Shown here one piece after another: positions 1 to 26,671 of a stretch of 64,000 nucleotides of DNA (positions are counted from its first letter, which is position 1; every line of letters begins with the position of its first letter). The notes below the pieces were generated by a model. The model did not search any database and was not told where the DNA came from. It worked only from the letters and a program-made list of their open reading frames with translations. Position numbers and translations under genes: made by a program. This DNA is from the human T2T-CHM13v2.0 reference genome, Homo sapiens. The stretch is taken from assembly GCF_009914755.1 (NCBI RefSeq), contig NC_060943.1, one strand, 5' to 3'.

Positions 1-3293
<3,293 letters not shown>

Positions 3294-3316
<23 letters not shown>

Positions 3317-3419
3317 ATGGACCTCCGCACCGCCGTGTACAACGCCGCCCGTGATGGCAAGCTGCAGCTGCTCCAGAAGCTGCTCAGCGGCCGGAGCCGG
3401 GAGGAACTGGACGAGCTGA
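3294..3419 (+). other. Overlapping out-of-frame upstream ORF (41 aa) spanning the FEM1A start codon
   Basis: ATG at 3294 is 23 nt before the main ATG (out of frame); stop TGA at 3417-3419. Confidence 0.6.
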
Positions 3420-5326
3420 CGGGCGAGGTGGCCGGCGGGGGAACGCCGCTACTCATCGCCGCCCGCTACGGCCACCTGGACGTGGTGGAGTACCTGGTGG
3501 ACCGGTGCGGCGCGAGCGTGGAGGCCGGTGGCTCGGTGCACTTCGATGGCGAGACCATCGAGGGCGCGCCGCCGCTGTGGGCCGCCTCCGCAGCCGGCCA
3601 CCTGGACGTGGTGCGGAGCCTGCTGCGCCGCGGGGCCTCGGTGAACCGCACCACGCGCACCAACTCCACGCCTCTCCGCGCCGCCTGCTTCGACGGCCAC
3701 CTGGAGGTGGTGCGCTACCTGGTCGGCGAGCACCAGGCCGACCTGGAGGTGGCCAACCGGCACGGCCACACGTGCCTCATGATCTCGTGCTACAAGGGCC
3801 ACCGTGAGATCGCCCGCTACCTGCTGGAGCAGGGCGCCCAGGTGAACCGGCGCAGCGCCAAGGGCAACACGGCCCTGCATGACTGCGCCGAGTCCGGCAG
3901 CCTGGAGATCCTGCAGCTGCTGCTGGGGTGCAAGGCCCGCATGGAACGTGACGGCTACGGCATGACCCCGCTGCTCGCGGCCAGCGTGACGGGCCACACC
4001 AACATCGTGGAGTACCTCATCCAGGAGCAGCCCGGCCAGGAGCAGGTCGCAGGGGGAGAGGCTCAGCCTGGGCTGCCCCAAGAAGACCCCTCCACCAGCC
4101 AGGGGTGTGCGCAGCCTCAGGGGGCTCCGTGCTGCAGCTCCTCCCCAGAGGAACCACTGAACGGGGAATCTTACGAAAGCTGCTGTCCCACCAGCCGGGA
4201 AGCTGCCGTGGAAGCCTTGGAATTGCTGGGAGCTACGTATGTGGATAAGAAACGAGATCTGCTTGGGGCCCTTAAACACTGGAGGCGGGCCATGGAGCTG
4301 CGTCACCAGGGGGGCGAGTACCTGCCCAAACCGGAGCCCCCACAGCTGGTCCTGGCCTATGACTATTCCAGGGAGGTCAACACCACCGAGGAGCTGGAGG
4401 CGCTGATCACCGACCCGGATGAGATGCGCATGCAGGCCCTGTTGATCCGGGAGCGCATCCTCGGTCCCTCGCACCCGGACACTTCCTATTACATCCGTTA
4501 CAGGGGTGCCGTGTACGCCGACTCGGGCAATTTCGAGCGCTGCATCCGCTTGTGGAAGTACGCCCTGGACATGCAACAGAGCAACCTGGAGCCTCTGAGC
4601 CCCATGACCGCCAGCAGCTTCCTCTCCTTCGCGGAACTCTTCTCCTACGTGCTTCAGGACCGGGCCGCCAAAGGCAGCCTGGGCACCCAGATCGGCTTTG
4701 CAGACCTCATGGGGGTTCTCACCAAAGGGGTCCGGGAAGTGGAACGGGCCCTGCAGCTGCCCAGGGAGCCCGGAGACTCAGCCCAGTTCACCAAGGCGCT
4801 GGCCATCATCCTCCACCTGCTCTACCTGCTGGAGAAAGTGGAGTGCACCCCCAGCCAGGAGCACCTGAAGCACCAGACCGTCTACCGCCTGCTCAAGTGC
4901 GCGCCCAGGGGCAAGAACGGCTTCACCCCTCTGCACATGGCTGTGGACAAGGACACCACAAACGTGGGCCGCTATCCCGTGGGCAGATTCCCCTCCCTGC
5001 ACGTGGTCAAAGTGCTGCTCGACTGCGGGGCCGACCCGGACAGCAGGGATTTTGACAACAACACCCCGCTACACATAGCAGCCCAGAACAACTGCCCGGC
5101 CATCATGAATGCCCTGATCGAAGCAGGGGCCCACATGGACGCCACCAATGCCTTCAAGAAGACGGCCTACGAGCTGCTGGACGAGAAGCTGCTGGCCAGG
5201 GGTACCATGCAGCCCTTCAACTACGTGACCCTGCAGTGCCTTGCGGCCCGGGCCCTGGATAAGAACAAGATCCCTTACAAGGGCTTCATCCCGGAAGATC
5301 TGGAGGCGTTCATCGAACTGCACTGA
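3317..5326 (+). CDS. FEM1A: Protein fem-1 homolog A (669 aa), ankyrin/TPR substrate receptor of CUL2-Elongin B/C E3 ligase; single coding exon
   Basis: Uninterrupted ORF MDLRTAVYNAARDGKL... with N-terminal ankyrin repeats (TPLLIAA, PPLWAAS, TPLRAAC, TALHDCA), a TPR-like middle, C-terminal ankyrins, BC-box TLQCLAARAL and CUL2-box IPEDLEAFI. Kozak ACCATGG. Confidence 0.99.
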   Translation: MDLRTAVYNAARDGKLQLLQKLLSGRSREELDELTGEVAGGGTPLLIAARYGHLDVVEYLVDRCGASVEAGGSVHFDGETIEGAPPLWAASAAGHLDVVRSLLRRGASVNRTTRTNSTPLRAACFDGHLEVVRYLVGEHQADLEVANRHGHTCLMISCYKGHREIARYLLEQGAQVNRRSAKGNTALHDCAESGSLEILQLLLGCKARMERDGYGMTPLLAASVTGHTNIVEYLIQEQPGQEQVAGGEAQPGLPQEDPSTSQGCAQPQGAPCCSSSPEEPLNGESYESCCPTSREAAVEALELLGATYVDKKRDLLGALKHWRRAMELRHQGGEYLPKPEPPQLVLAYDYSREVNTTEELEALITDPDEMRMQALLIRERILGPSHPDTSYYIRYRGAVYADSGNFERCIRLWKYALDMQQSNLEPLSPMTASSFLSFAELFSYVLQDRAAKGSLGTQIGFADLMGVLTKGVREVERALQLPREPGDSAQFTKALAIILHLLYLLEKVECTPSQEHLKHQTVYRLLKCAPRGKNGFTPLHMAVDKDTTNVGRYPVGRFPSLHVVKVLLDCGADPDSRDFDNNTPLHIAAQNNCPAIMNALIEAGAHMDATNAFKKTAYELLDEKLLARGTMQPFNYVTLQCLAARALDKNKIPYKGFIPEDLEAFIELH

Positions 5327-6998
5327 CCTGCCCAGAACGCCTGCACCCTCACCTCTCCCCTCTCCTGCTGAGATGGGGGAAATCCGGCTGCGGCATAGCA
5401 GATGCTCGTTCTTGCCTCCTTCAGGCACCAATCAGGAGAAGGGTTCTGCCTCCCATCCCCTCTACCTGCAGACAGGGTCGGAGGTGTTAGCGAGCCTTTG
5501 GTGCTAGAAGCCTGCGGGGTCATGTGCTAAGAGGACAGTCTTTCTCCGGGAGCCCGCTCACTCATTCTGAGTTAGGAAAAGACACAAGACCTTCCCCACA
5601 TCCTGTCTGCCTGGGTTAGGGAGGCCTTTGCCTTGTTACCTAGAGGCGGAGGGACTGAAGCCATTGCGTTCCTTCCCTGCTAGAAACACAGGAAGAAGTT
5701 GAGGACGGTCTGCCTTCCCTCGTCCCTTTACCTGGCCAGATAACTCCAGCCGCTGAATACAGTGTTAGGACTGGGGGCTCCTGAGATGAGAGTTTGAGAT
5801 TCAGGGAATGAGACCACCTCTCATTTCTTCCAGCATGATCGCGCCCTGCTCCCGTGCCACCGTAGTCCCTGGCAGACAGGCAGGGCTCTGCCCAGGGCAG
5901 CCTGCCACTTGCATAGCTTTCGGTTGGTTTGGTGTTCTGTTTATTTAATAAGTGGGCAGGTTGCAAGCGTTGCACAGAAATTCTGAGATTTTACTGCCTT
6001 TTTTTTTTTTTTTAAGAAAGTTGTTTGTTGGACTCCATAAGTGAATTTCAAGCAGTGAGGATTTTGTGGTGCCTGAGATGGCCGAGGGCACAGGGAGTGA
6101 GCTGTATGTGTGAGGAATTTGGTGAGCGAGATAAAAGTCCACGGTGTCAACCCCTAAAACATGGGTGACCGTACATTTTTATACATCTCCACTCTACGGC
6201 CTTTTACAGGCTTTCCGATTTTACAGGCCTTTCCAAGTTTCCATTCTCCTTAGAGAGAGAACTGTGCTTCCAAACAGAAATCAGGAGTGACCACAAAGCC
6301 TGAAAACACTTTGCCACCCAGCAAAGAACTGGCACAATTGGTTTGGGTCTGCATTGCCATAGTGCCCGAGTTAAAACTGCAGGCCACTCTGCCTTGCAGT
6401 GGCCTCTGATTTCATTGTGGGTGCATCCACAGGTGGCCCGAGCTGTTCTTTCAGCTGCTCCAAGGATTGAGACCCAAGTCATCATGAAAAAGGCCCAAGT
6501 ACAGTCTTAATGCGATAAATCCACTAGCTAAGACGTCGAGTGCCAAGACCAGCCTTCCAGCCGAGGTTTGGACAAAGTCTCAGGTTCCCGTGACTCAGGG
6601 TAAGGTGCTGGGGCTGCCAGAGGACCTGCCCCAGCAAGATTTTTGTCAAGAGCGAGACTCCATCAGCCCAGGCAGACGGGAGCAGGTTCTTGGCCAGCGT
6701 AGACAGCAGCAAACAGCAGCAGGGAAGCCATTCTCACTGCATCCTCCCTGCAGTAGCCACGGCCAGGCCCTTAGGAGGAGCAGTGACCGGGGGTGTCCAG
6801 AAATATCCTGTCCCTGGATGGAAACTAGGTCTCGTTTGGATTTTTTTTTTTTTTTGCCGTGTTAGGAAATTATTTATTAATTTACAAGACAGGTTTTAAC
6901 TCAGCCGAGGTGGGAAATGGTGTCCCTGTCCCTCCCAAAGCACAGAGCACAGAAATGAGGCCGTTTACATGGCGAGTCTCCGTGCTGGTGTTTAAGTC

Positions 6999-7004
6999 AT
7001 TAAA
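6999..7004 (+). terminator. FEM1A: Proximal poly(A) signal ATTAAA for FEM1A (3'UTR ~5327-7025)
   Basis: ATTAAA at the end of a 1.7 kb repeat-free 3'UTR, followed by GU/G-rich sequence. Confidence 0.65.
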
Positions 7005-7165
7005 AAGATACTCAAAGAGAATGGCCTGCCTGATGCGTCCTTGGCGTGGGTTAACTGGGGAAGTCGGAGGTGGGTGAGTCAGTCCATGGCATTGGTGTGA
7101 GTGAACAGAGAGCCCTAGGGCCACCTCCCCTAGCCAGAGGGGTTTCTGTGTTACATACTGGGGCT

Positions 7166-11732
<4,567 letters not shown>

Positions 11733-12621
11733 GAGAAACAGGCTCACAGAGAGGGGAGGGGGCTTGTCTAAGCTTACCCAGCCCGGAAGCATCGGGGTCA
11801 AAGCTTAACCCCCTGCTGGAAGGTGTCGAGAGCCAGGCAGCCAAGCCTGACCTGGGAGATGGGGAAGTGGGGGCCCCCCCAAGCTCGCCGACTGCCCTTC
11901 CCAGCCTGCTGCCAGTCTGATTCCACAGAACTGAAGTCGGGACCTGGAGTTCTGCTCATTCGCTCATCTACTCAGTGACTTTCTTAGACCCTCCCCAGCA
12001 CTTTGAGGGTGTCAGTCACTGCTGCGTCCTCAGCACCCACGCCAGGGTCTGTCCCACGCCAGGTGGCCTGTAAATATGGGCTGAGCAAGCGAACAGTGAA
12101 CGAGTTGGGAATTCACATCCTCCTCTGACTACTTGGGGCAGCAGCAGGGGACACAAGCAGGCCCCTATGGCTTTGCCAGACCCCGGGTGCCGCCGCCCCC
12201 ATGGAATTGCAGGACTGTTATCTGAGCAACGTCGACGGGGGAGAACACCCCTGCCCGAGGTTAAAGATAGCACCGCTCGAATCACATCACAGGCCGAAAA
12301 GGCCAGATGACCCACCAGGGACATTGAATCCGTGTCCCGAGAGGGGTGGGGCGGGGGTGTGGATTCCTGCGGGGAGCTTCGGGACTGGAAAAAACAGAGG
12401 GTGCTCTGACCGAGTGTTTACCAAAACATGTATTAGGCAAGACCCGGGCCGAATGTGGGTGGCACCGCCCCTGTGCTGGGCCAGGAGAATGTGCCCGCAC
12501 CGGTCCCAGATCCTGTTTCCCCAGTGGGTTGTACAAGACACCTTGAACTTCTGCATGAACTGGGACATTCAGAATTCCCTGGAGCAACCCCCTCCCTCCA
12601 CCCTGTGCCTTGATATCTCCT

Positions 12622-12731
12622 ATTAAAGCTTGTGTTTGAATGTCTGTTAATAGACATGATTTAATTATTGATATTAATTCAAATGTATTAATTTGAATTA
12701 TTAACTTATTAATCATTTGATGTCGATTAAA
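12622..12731 (+). terminator. Candidate distal poly(A) signals ATTAAA (12622-12627 and 12726-12731)
   Basis: Two ATTAAAGC motifs flank an AT-rich palindromic tract; the first is followed by a GU-rich element. Confidence 0.4.
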
Positions 12732-12824
12732 GCAATGATCTTGATCCAATGTCATCTCCTCCATGAAGTCTTCCTGGATTATCTAAGGTGCAGCCCCACA
12801 GCCAGGGACAGTGGTTCATGCCTA

Positions 12825-13088
<264 letters not shown>

Positions 13089-13116
13089 CTAAACAAACAA
13101 ACAAACAAATAAATAA

Positions 13117-13369
<253 letters not shown>

Positions 13370-13794
13370 TGATCCGCCCGCCTCAGCCTCCCAAAGTGCT
13401 GGGATTACAGGCGTGAGCCACTGCGCCTGGTCAGCATTTACATTTTTAATGGCTTTTACATTTTTTAATGTAGATATAATTTGCAAAACATAAAATTCAC
13501 CATTTTAACATGGATAATTCAGGGGCTTTTAGTACATTTACAAGGCTGTACAACCATCACCAAGATCTAATTCCCAAAAAATAAAGGTTGATTTTCAAAG
13601 CCTATTTAAAGAAAAATATTAACTGGCTCAAGCAATAGAAAATATATTAAAGAGCCAGCCACAATGGCATGTGCCTATAATCCCAGCCACTTAGGAAGGT
13701 GAGATGAGATCATCACTGAAGGCCCAGAGTTCAAGACTAGCCAACATAGCAAGACCCCATCTCTTAAAAGAAAAAAGAAAAGAAAATACATTGA

Positions 13795-14328
<534 letters not shown>

Positions 14329-14623
14329 TTAAAAATAAAAGATCCCCGCCCAGGGGCACTTGGGGATGGCATTTGTGAGCCCAGGCAAACCCCAGGGCTG
14401 CAGCGAGACACTCTTGGGGGAGGGGACTGGAGAAGAGCCTGCTGTGTGGCCTCAGGCTGGCATCTGCCCCCTCTGGGCTCCAATTGGGCTGGAAACAACA
14501 TTAGACAGTGATTTCCAAAGATCCCACACCTGCGCACCCCTGACGATTAACTCTGGCTTTAATTTGTCTCTGAGGGGCCTTTCTGGCTCATCCTAGTCCC
14601 GGCCTTGCAGTCTCATTGTGTGA

Positions 14624-14974
<351 letters not shown>

Positions 14975-15000
14975 TAGTCAGGGTGGTCTGGATCTCCTGA

Positions 15001-15582
<582 letters not shown>

Positions 15583-16305
15583 TAGTTCATGCGCCCCCTG
15601 CCTCCAGGCTTGGGGGACACAAGGCCTGCACCACGGTGGGCCACACTGGCTCCCCTCGGTCCCTCGGAGGGTCCTCGCTCCCTCCTACCCCTCAGGGTTG
15701 TTACCTGTGCCATGCCCTCCACCTGGAGTGCCCTTTCCTTCCTGGGGGCTGCAGAGAGCTCTGAGCACTACTGGTGGGTTCAGGTCCCTGTCCCCGGGTC
15801 CCCACCCCCTATTACTTCTGCATCCCCATCACACCCAGGGCAAGCCCACACGAGACCACCCATTCCTGTGTCTGCCTCCCCTTGGAGCTGTGAGCCCTAT
15901 GAGGGCAGCAACGGGATCCGTCCCAGAAAACAGCGTTCACTCGATCTGAAGCCATCCCAGGCATACAGTAGATGCTCAATACACACCGCTCAACGAGGGA
16001 ATGAACGGATAATGGGGGGAATGAACAAAATACACCGGCTAGCAGGAAGCGAACGTGGAATCGAGAAACGGAAAAACTGACTTGAGGCCAGGCGCAGAGG
16101 CTCATGCCTGCAGTCCCAACACTGGAAGGCCAAGGCGGGAGGATTGCTTGAGCCCAGGAGTTCGAGACCAGCCTGGGCAACATGGTGAAACTCCATCTCT
16201 ACAAAAAATGTAGGGCCGGGCACAGTGGCTCACGCCTGTATTCCCAGCACTTTGGGAAGATGAGGCAGGTGAATCATTTGAGGTCAGGAGTTCGAGACCA
16301 GCCTA

Positions 16306-16578
<273 letters not shown>

Positions 16579-16581
16579 TTA

Positions 16582-16812
<231 letters not shown>

Positions 16813-16975
16813 TTAATTAATTAATTAATTAATTTTTAAAAAGACTTGGGCATCCACCGGGTGTGGTGGCTCACACCTGTCATCCCAGCACTTTGGGAGG
16901 CCGAGGCGGGTAGATCATTTGAGGTCAGGAGCTCGAGACCAGCCTGACCAACACAGTGAAACACTGTCTCTACTA

Positions 16976-17172
<197 letters not shown>

Positions 17173-17359
17173 TCAATTCAAATTCAAACATTTATTGAGC
17201 ATCTGCTATAGACCATACCTTGGGATCCCACAATAAAGTCCACGGACAGGCAGACCATAGACATGTGGGCCATGAATAAGTTGATTGTATTTGTCTCAAA
17301 CTCCAAAGTGCTGTGGAAAGATGAAGCCTATTCAGGGGATCTGGTGGGTTCTGTTTTGA

Positions 17360-17587
<228 letters not shown>

Positions 17588-18092
17588 TAATTTTTTAATT
17601 TTTTTTTTTTACAGGTACCACCAGGCCCAGCTAATTTTTTGTATTTTTGTTAGAGACGGAGTTTCACCATGTTGGCCAGGTTGGTCTTGAACTCCTGACC
17701 TCAAGGCATCCCCCTGCCTCGGTTTCCCAAAGTGCTGGGATGACAGACGTGAGCCACCATGTCCAGCCTTGAATGAATTTTAAATGAGGAGCACGCATGG
17801 AGAGGGTGAGGCCTTTGATACCACAGGGAATCAAGAGACAGCATCCCGCTCTGTCGCGCAGGCTGGAGTGCAGTGGCGTGATTGATCATAGCTCACTGCA
17901 GCCTCGAACTCCTGGGCTCAAACGACCCTCCCACCTCAGCCTCTGGAGCAGCTGGGACAACAGGTGCCCACCACCAGCTCAGCCAGACGGTGATGTTTGA
18001 GCAAAGATCTGAAGCAAGTGATGAGGGAGCCATGTAGGTACCTGGGGGAAGGGCATTCCAGGCTGAAGTCACAGCCTGTGCAAAGGCCCTGA

Positions 18093-18881
<789 letters not shown>

Positions 18882-19132
18882 TGAAGCTGCACCCTGGCCC
18901 CTGCCTTCCAGAAGGGCCCTTTATTTTCATGGCCAGAGGGGCCAAGCGGGTCCTGGCTGTGCAGCCTCAGAAACTTCCTCTTTCAGTTCCTGGAGGGAGC
19001 CCGCAGGGTCTGGGTCATGCAGTCTCTAGCTTGAGCAGCAGGGTGACCCCTGGCAAAGGCTCAGCATCATGCCAAGCCCAGGAGGGCAACAGATGCTTCT
19101 AGAAGAAACTAAGGGCCGGGTGCAGTGGCTCA

Positions 19133-19727
<595 letters not shown>

Positions 19728-20489
19728 TGATCCACCTGCCTTGGCCTCCGAAAGTGCTGGGATTACAGGTGTGAGACACCGTGCCCGGCCACGTGATCCA
19801 ATTTCTGTGAAATGTTCAGGACAGGCTCATCCACAGAAACAGGAAGGGGATGCATGGGTGCCGGGGCTGGGGGGAGGCAGTGGGCAGTGTCAGCTGATGG
19901 TTCCAGTGCTGCTTTTTGGGGTGATGAAAGTTTCTGAAATTAGATAGTGGCAATAGTTGCATAATATAGTGAATACAGTAAAAACCACTGATGTCTCCAC
20001 TTAAGAAATAACAGGACCAGGCGCAGTGGCTCACGCCTGTAATCCCAACACTTTGGGAGGCCGAGGTGGGCAGATCACCTGAGGTCAGGAGTTCGAGACC
20101 AACCTAGCCAACATGGTAAAACCCCCGTCTCCTACTAAAAATATAAAAAATAGCTGGGTGTGGTGGCGGGCCCCTGTAATCCCAGCTACTTGGAAGGCTG
20201 AGGCACAAGAATCGCTTGAACCAGGAGGTGGAGATCACGCCACTGCACTCCAGCCTGGGTGCCGGAGCGAGACGCCATCTCAAAAAATAAAAAATAAACA
20301 ATAATAATAATAAATGCCGGGCACAGTGGCTCAGGCCTGTAATCCCAGCACTTTGGGAGGCCGAGGCAGGTGGATCACCTAAGGTCAAGAGTTCAGGACC
20401 AGCCTGACCAACATGGATAAACCCCGTCTCTACTAAAAATACAAAATTAGCTGGGCATGGTGACGCATGCTTGTAATCCCAGCTACTCA

Positions 20490-21174
<685 letters not shown>

Positions 21175-21245
21175 CTATTTTTCTTCAAGGCTGTTAGGCT
21201 CCCAGGGAATCTGGGCTTTCGTGGCCACGTGGGGCCGGCGGGCGG

Positions 21246-21264
21246 TGGCCACCAGAGGGCGCTG
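21246..21264 (+). promoter_or_regulatory. Near-perfect CTCF motif in a small CpG-rich patch
   Basis: TGGCCACCAGAGGGCGCTG. Confidence 0.75.
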
Positions 21265-21529
21265 GGGCAGCGCAAATCGCAGCTGAGCCCCTAGAGCTGG
21301 GGACCTGGTCCTGCCTGGAGCTGCCTTCCAGACCTTCCAGACCTTCACCCATGCTGTACCACCTTCTAGAACTCTCTCCCCGCCCGTGGCTCATTCCAAT
21401 GAAGGCCTGAGGTCTTAGCTTACTTCCTTCTTTCAGAAACTTCCTTTAATCTCCCCAGGCCAGTCTAGGGTCCCCTTTGGGGTCCCACAGCTTCCCCATC
21501 AGAGCCCCCATCACCCCATAACTGCCTAA

Positions 21530-22003
<474 letters not shown>

Positions 22004-22684
22004 TAAAGGCACGCATCACCACGCTCGGCTAATTTTTGTATTTTTAGTACAGACAGGGTTTCACCATGTTGGTCAGGCTGGTCTTTTAAATCCTGACCTG
22101 AAATGATCCTCCCATCTTGGCCTCCCAAAGTGCTGGGATTACAGGCGTGAGCCAAGGAGCCTGAGCTTTTTTTTTTTTTTTTGAGACAAGGTCCAGCTTT
22201 GTCACCCAGGCTGGAGTGCAGTGACACCATGATATCTCACTGCAGCCTTGACTTCCTGGGCTCAAGGGATCCTCCTGCTTCAGCCTCCCAGTAGCTGGGA
22301 CAGCAGGTGGGTGCCACCAAGCCTGGCTTTTTATTTCATTATTTCATTTCATTTCATTGAGACAGGATTCTCACTGTGTTGACCAGGCTGATCTCAAAGT
22401 CCTGGCTTCATGTGATCCTCCCACTTCGGCCTCCCAAACTGCTGGGATTACAGACGTCAGCCACCGTGCCCGACCCTCAGGGCATTCAAAATGACCCTGC
22501 TTTACAGATCTACAGGAGGTATGTGGAGACAGCTGGGAATGGGAGTTCCAGACGTGAGGTCTATGGTACAAATGAGGAAGATGAGGCCCAGAAAAAGGCT
22601 GCCGGCCGGGCGCGGTGGCTCACACCTGTAATCCCAGCACTTTGGGAGGCCGAAGCAGGTGGATCACCTGAGGTCAGGAGTTCA

Positions 22685-22891
<207 letters not shown>

Positions 22892-22899
22892 TCACAAAA

Positions 22900-23006
22900 T
22901 AGAAGAAGAAGAAAGAAGAAGAAGAGGAAGAGGAAGAGGAGGAGGAAGAGGAAGAAGAAGAGGAAGAGGAGGAGGAGGAAGAAGAAGAAGAAGAGGAAGA
23001 GGAAGG
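22900..23006 (+). repeat. Pure-purine (GAA/GAG)n tract derived from an Alu tail
   Basis: ~105 nt of only G and A, directly after an AluS 3' end. Confidence 0.95.
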
Positions 23007-23318
23007 CTGTGTCTTGCCCCAAGTGCCACACTATCTCAGGGAGAAGCAGGGGCTTGAACCCGCTGTTCCTGCTGCCGAGGCCAGCCTGGCTGACCTGGGA
23101 CAAGTGAAGATTCCTGGGCCGAATTCCTTTTCAGTCACTTTAAGGAACAGGAAAGGGTCCTCTGAACTGGGCAGGCCCTGAATGTGCCCACATCTCCTCT
23201 GCTCTTGTCTCTACCTGGTCCAGCCCCAGCCAACATCACTCACCCAGACCAGTGCAGTCGCCTCCACCCTGGTGCCCCAGCATCAGCCCTGGCCCACCAA
23301 GGTCTGTCCTCCCTGCAG

Positions 23319-23336
23319 CGGCCACCAGAGGGCACC
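23319..23336 (+). promoter_or_regulatory. CTCF motif within an L2-like fragment
   Basis: CGGCCACCAGAGGGCACC. Confidence 0.6.
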
Positions 23337-23675
23337 TGTGAGCACTGGAGTCAGGTCCTGTCCCTCCTCTGCCCACAGCCCTGCATGGCTCCCACCCGCC
23401 TGGGGGTCAAAACCCAAGACCTCCCCATGACCCACCAGGCCCTGCTTAACCTGCCCCATCCCCTTTTCGCCCTCCCCTCCTCCCTCTCTGCCCGTCGCTC
23501 ACTCTGCTCCAGCCTCCTCGCTGTTCCTCCAACACACCAGGTGCCATCTGCCCCCAGGGCCTTTGCATGGGCTGTGCCCTCTGCCTAGAAGGTCATTCCC
23601 ACTTTCACCTCCAGCTCTTCCCATGACTGACTCCTTTTCTTCCCCCCAGGTCTCAACTCCAACACCCCCTCCTAG

Positions 23676-23936
<261 letters not shown>

Positions 23937-24046
23937 TAGCCAGGATGGTCTCGATCTCCTGACCTCATGATCCGCCCGCCTCGGTCTCCCGAAGTGCTGG
24001 GATTACAGGCGTGAGCCACCGCGCCCGGCCTGTTTTTTGTTTTTGA

Positions 24047-24232
<186 letters not shown>

Positions 24233-25061
24233 TAGCCAGGATGATCTCGATCTCCTGACCTCATGATCCGCCCGCCTCAGCCTCCCAAAGTGCTGGGATT
24301 ACAGGGGTGAGCCACCGCACCCAGCCCGAAGGCTCTTCACTTTCTGAAACTATTTTGCTTTCTTCTTTTATAATTTGTTTACTATTCCTTCCTCTCCTCC
24401 CCTACGGAAATGACAGCCAATGACTAATCACTTCTGTCTGCTGTCTGGGACAACTCCCGGCACACAGTAGGCGCTGGATGAACGTTGGTCAAATGAAGGA
24501 ATAGCCAGTTCACTGCCCCTGCTCAGGTATTTGCAGCTGGTTCCGGCCTGGATGGTCCGAAACCCTTTGTTGGGAACAACCTCACTGCACCCTGGAATCT
24601 CATCTCAGAACTCCACTCCCCAGGTTTCACTTCTGGGCCGCTGCGGCTGCCACCGGGACCAGAGCTCTGACAAAGTCTGAGTCAACAACTAAAATAGCAA
24701 GTAGTGCATGGCTGCTGGGTGATTCACACCAGCCTGCTTCCATGTGGCCTGGCAATGGAGGAAGGAGCCTGCAAAGTCAAATCAGGTTGTCAGGAGGGAG
24801 GGGCTCCTCAGCTTCCCAGCTCAGTGAGTCCAGTTTCACCTTCGAGGACCCTCCTTTGTTTCCTCCCTTGGAAGTTCAGCTCCTTCCATTGTGATTCCCC
24901 GTTTCTGATCTGTGTGAGTTTTGGAGTCAGAATTAATCTCTTTAGGCCTCGGTTTTCCCCATCTGTAAGGTGGGTCCATAATAGAAGCTTCTACCTTGAG
25001 GGGTCATTTTGAGGATGAAAATGTGTTTGTTTATTTATGTATTTAATTTTTTGTTATATAG

Positions 25062-25663
<602 letters not shown>

Positions 25664-25910
25664 TAGTAGAGACAGGGTTTCATCATGTTGGCCAGGCTGG
25701 TCTCGAACTCCTGACCTCAAGTGATCCGCCTGCCTTGGCCTCCAAAAGTGCTGGGATAACAGATGTGAGCCACCATGCCTGGCCTATTTATTTATTTATT
25801 TTTTAAAAAGAGTTGGATGTCTTATTCAGTTGATAAATAAATAAATACATACATAAATAAGAAAGATGCGGCTGGGTGTGGTGGCTTACGCCTGTAATCC
25901 CAGCACTTTA

Positions 25911-26180
<270 letters not shown>

Positions 26181-26671
26181 TCATTATGTTGCCCAAGCTG
26201 GTCTTGAATTCCTGGCCTCAAGCAACCCTCCCACTTCAACCTCCCAAAGTTCTGGGATTAATTACAGATGTGAGCCACCACAGCACCCAGTCTTGTTTAT
26301 GTATTTAGACACTCCAGAATCAATACATGTTAAGTGTCCAACAAACCTTGGCTCCATTCTTATTCTTAGAAGGTCTGTCACCCTGAAAAATATTAATCCC
26401 TTCCATGTGGGTCCCCATACTTAATGAGTGCTGCACCTGCTACCCAGGTATGGTGTACCTGATATGTGGTTCTGCATATGATCCGCTGAGGCCTTGAAAC
26501 AACAGCCTCCACAGACCCATTTCTCAGATGAAAAAGCAGAGGCTCCGACAGGGGAGGCACTTGCCAAATGTCACACAGTGGCATCGGAGTCCAACCTTGG
26601 TGGGGGCATCAAAGGCAGACCCCAAAGAAAAAGGAAGGGCTGCAGCAAAAACTGCTAAATGTCCCCCAATG

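Noticed and set aside
3449-4576. 375-aa antisense ORF inside FEM1A, and other overlapping ORFs such as 4552-5055
   Set aside because: Shadow ORFs from GC-rich codon usage of the real CDS; no domain features.
6202-6234. Short direct repeat ttttacagg(c)ctttcc in the FEM1A 3'UTR
   Set aside because: Two copies of ~16 nt, consistent with simple slippage; no function can be supported.
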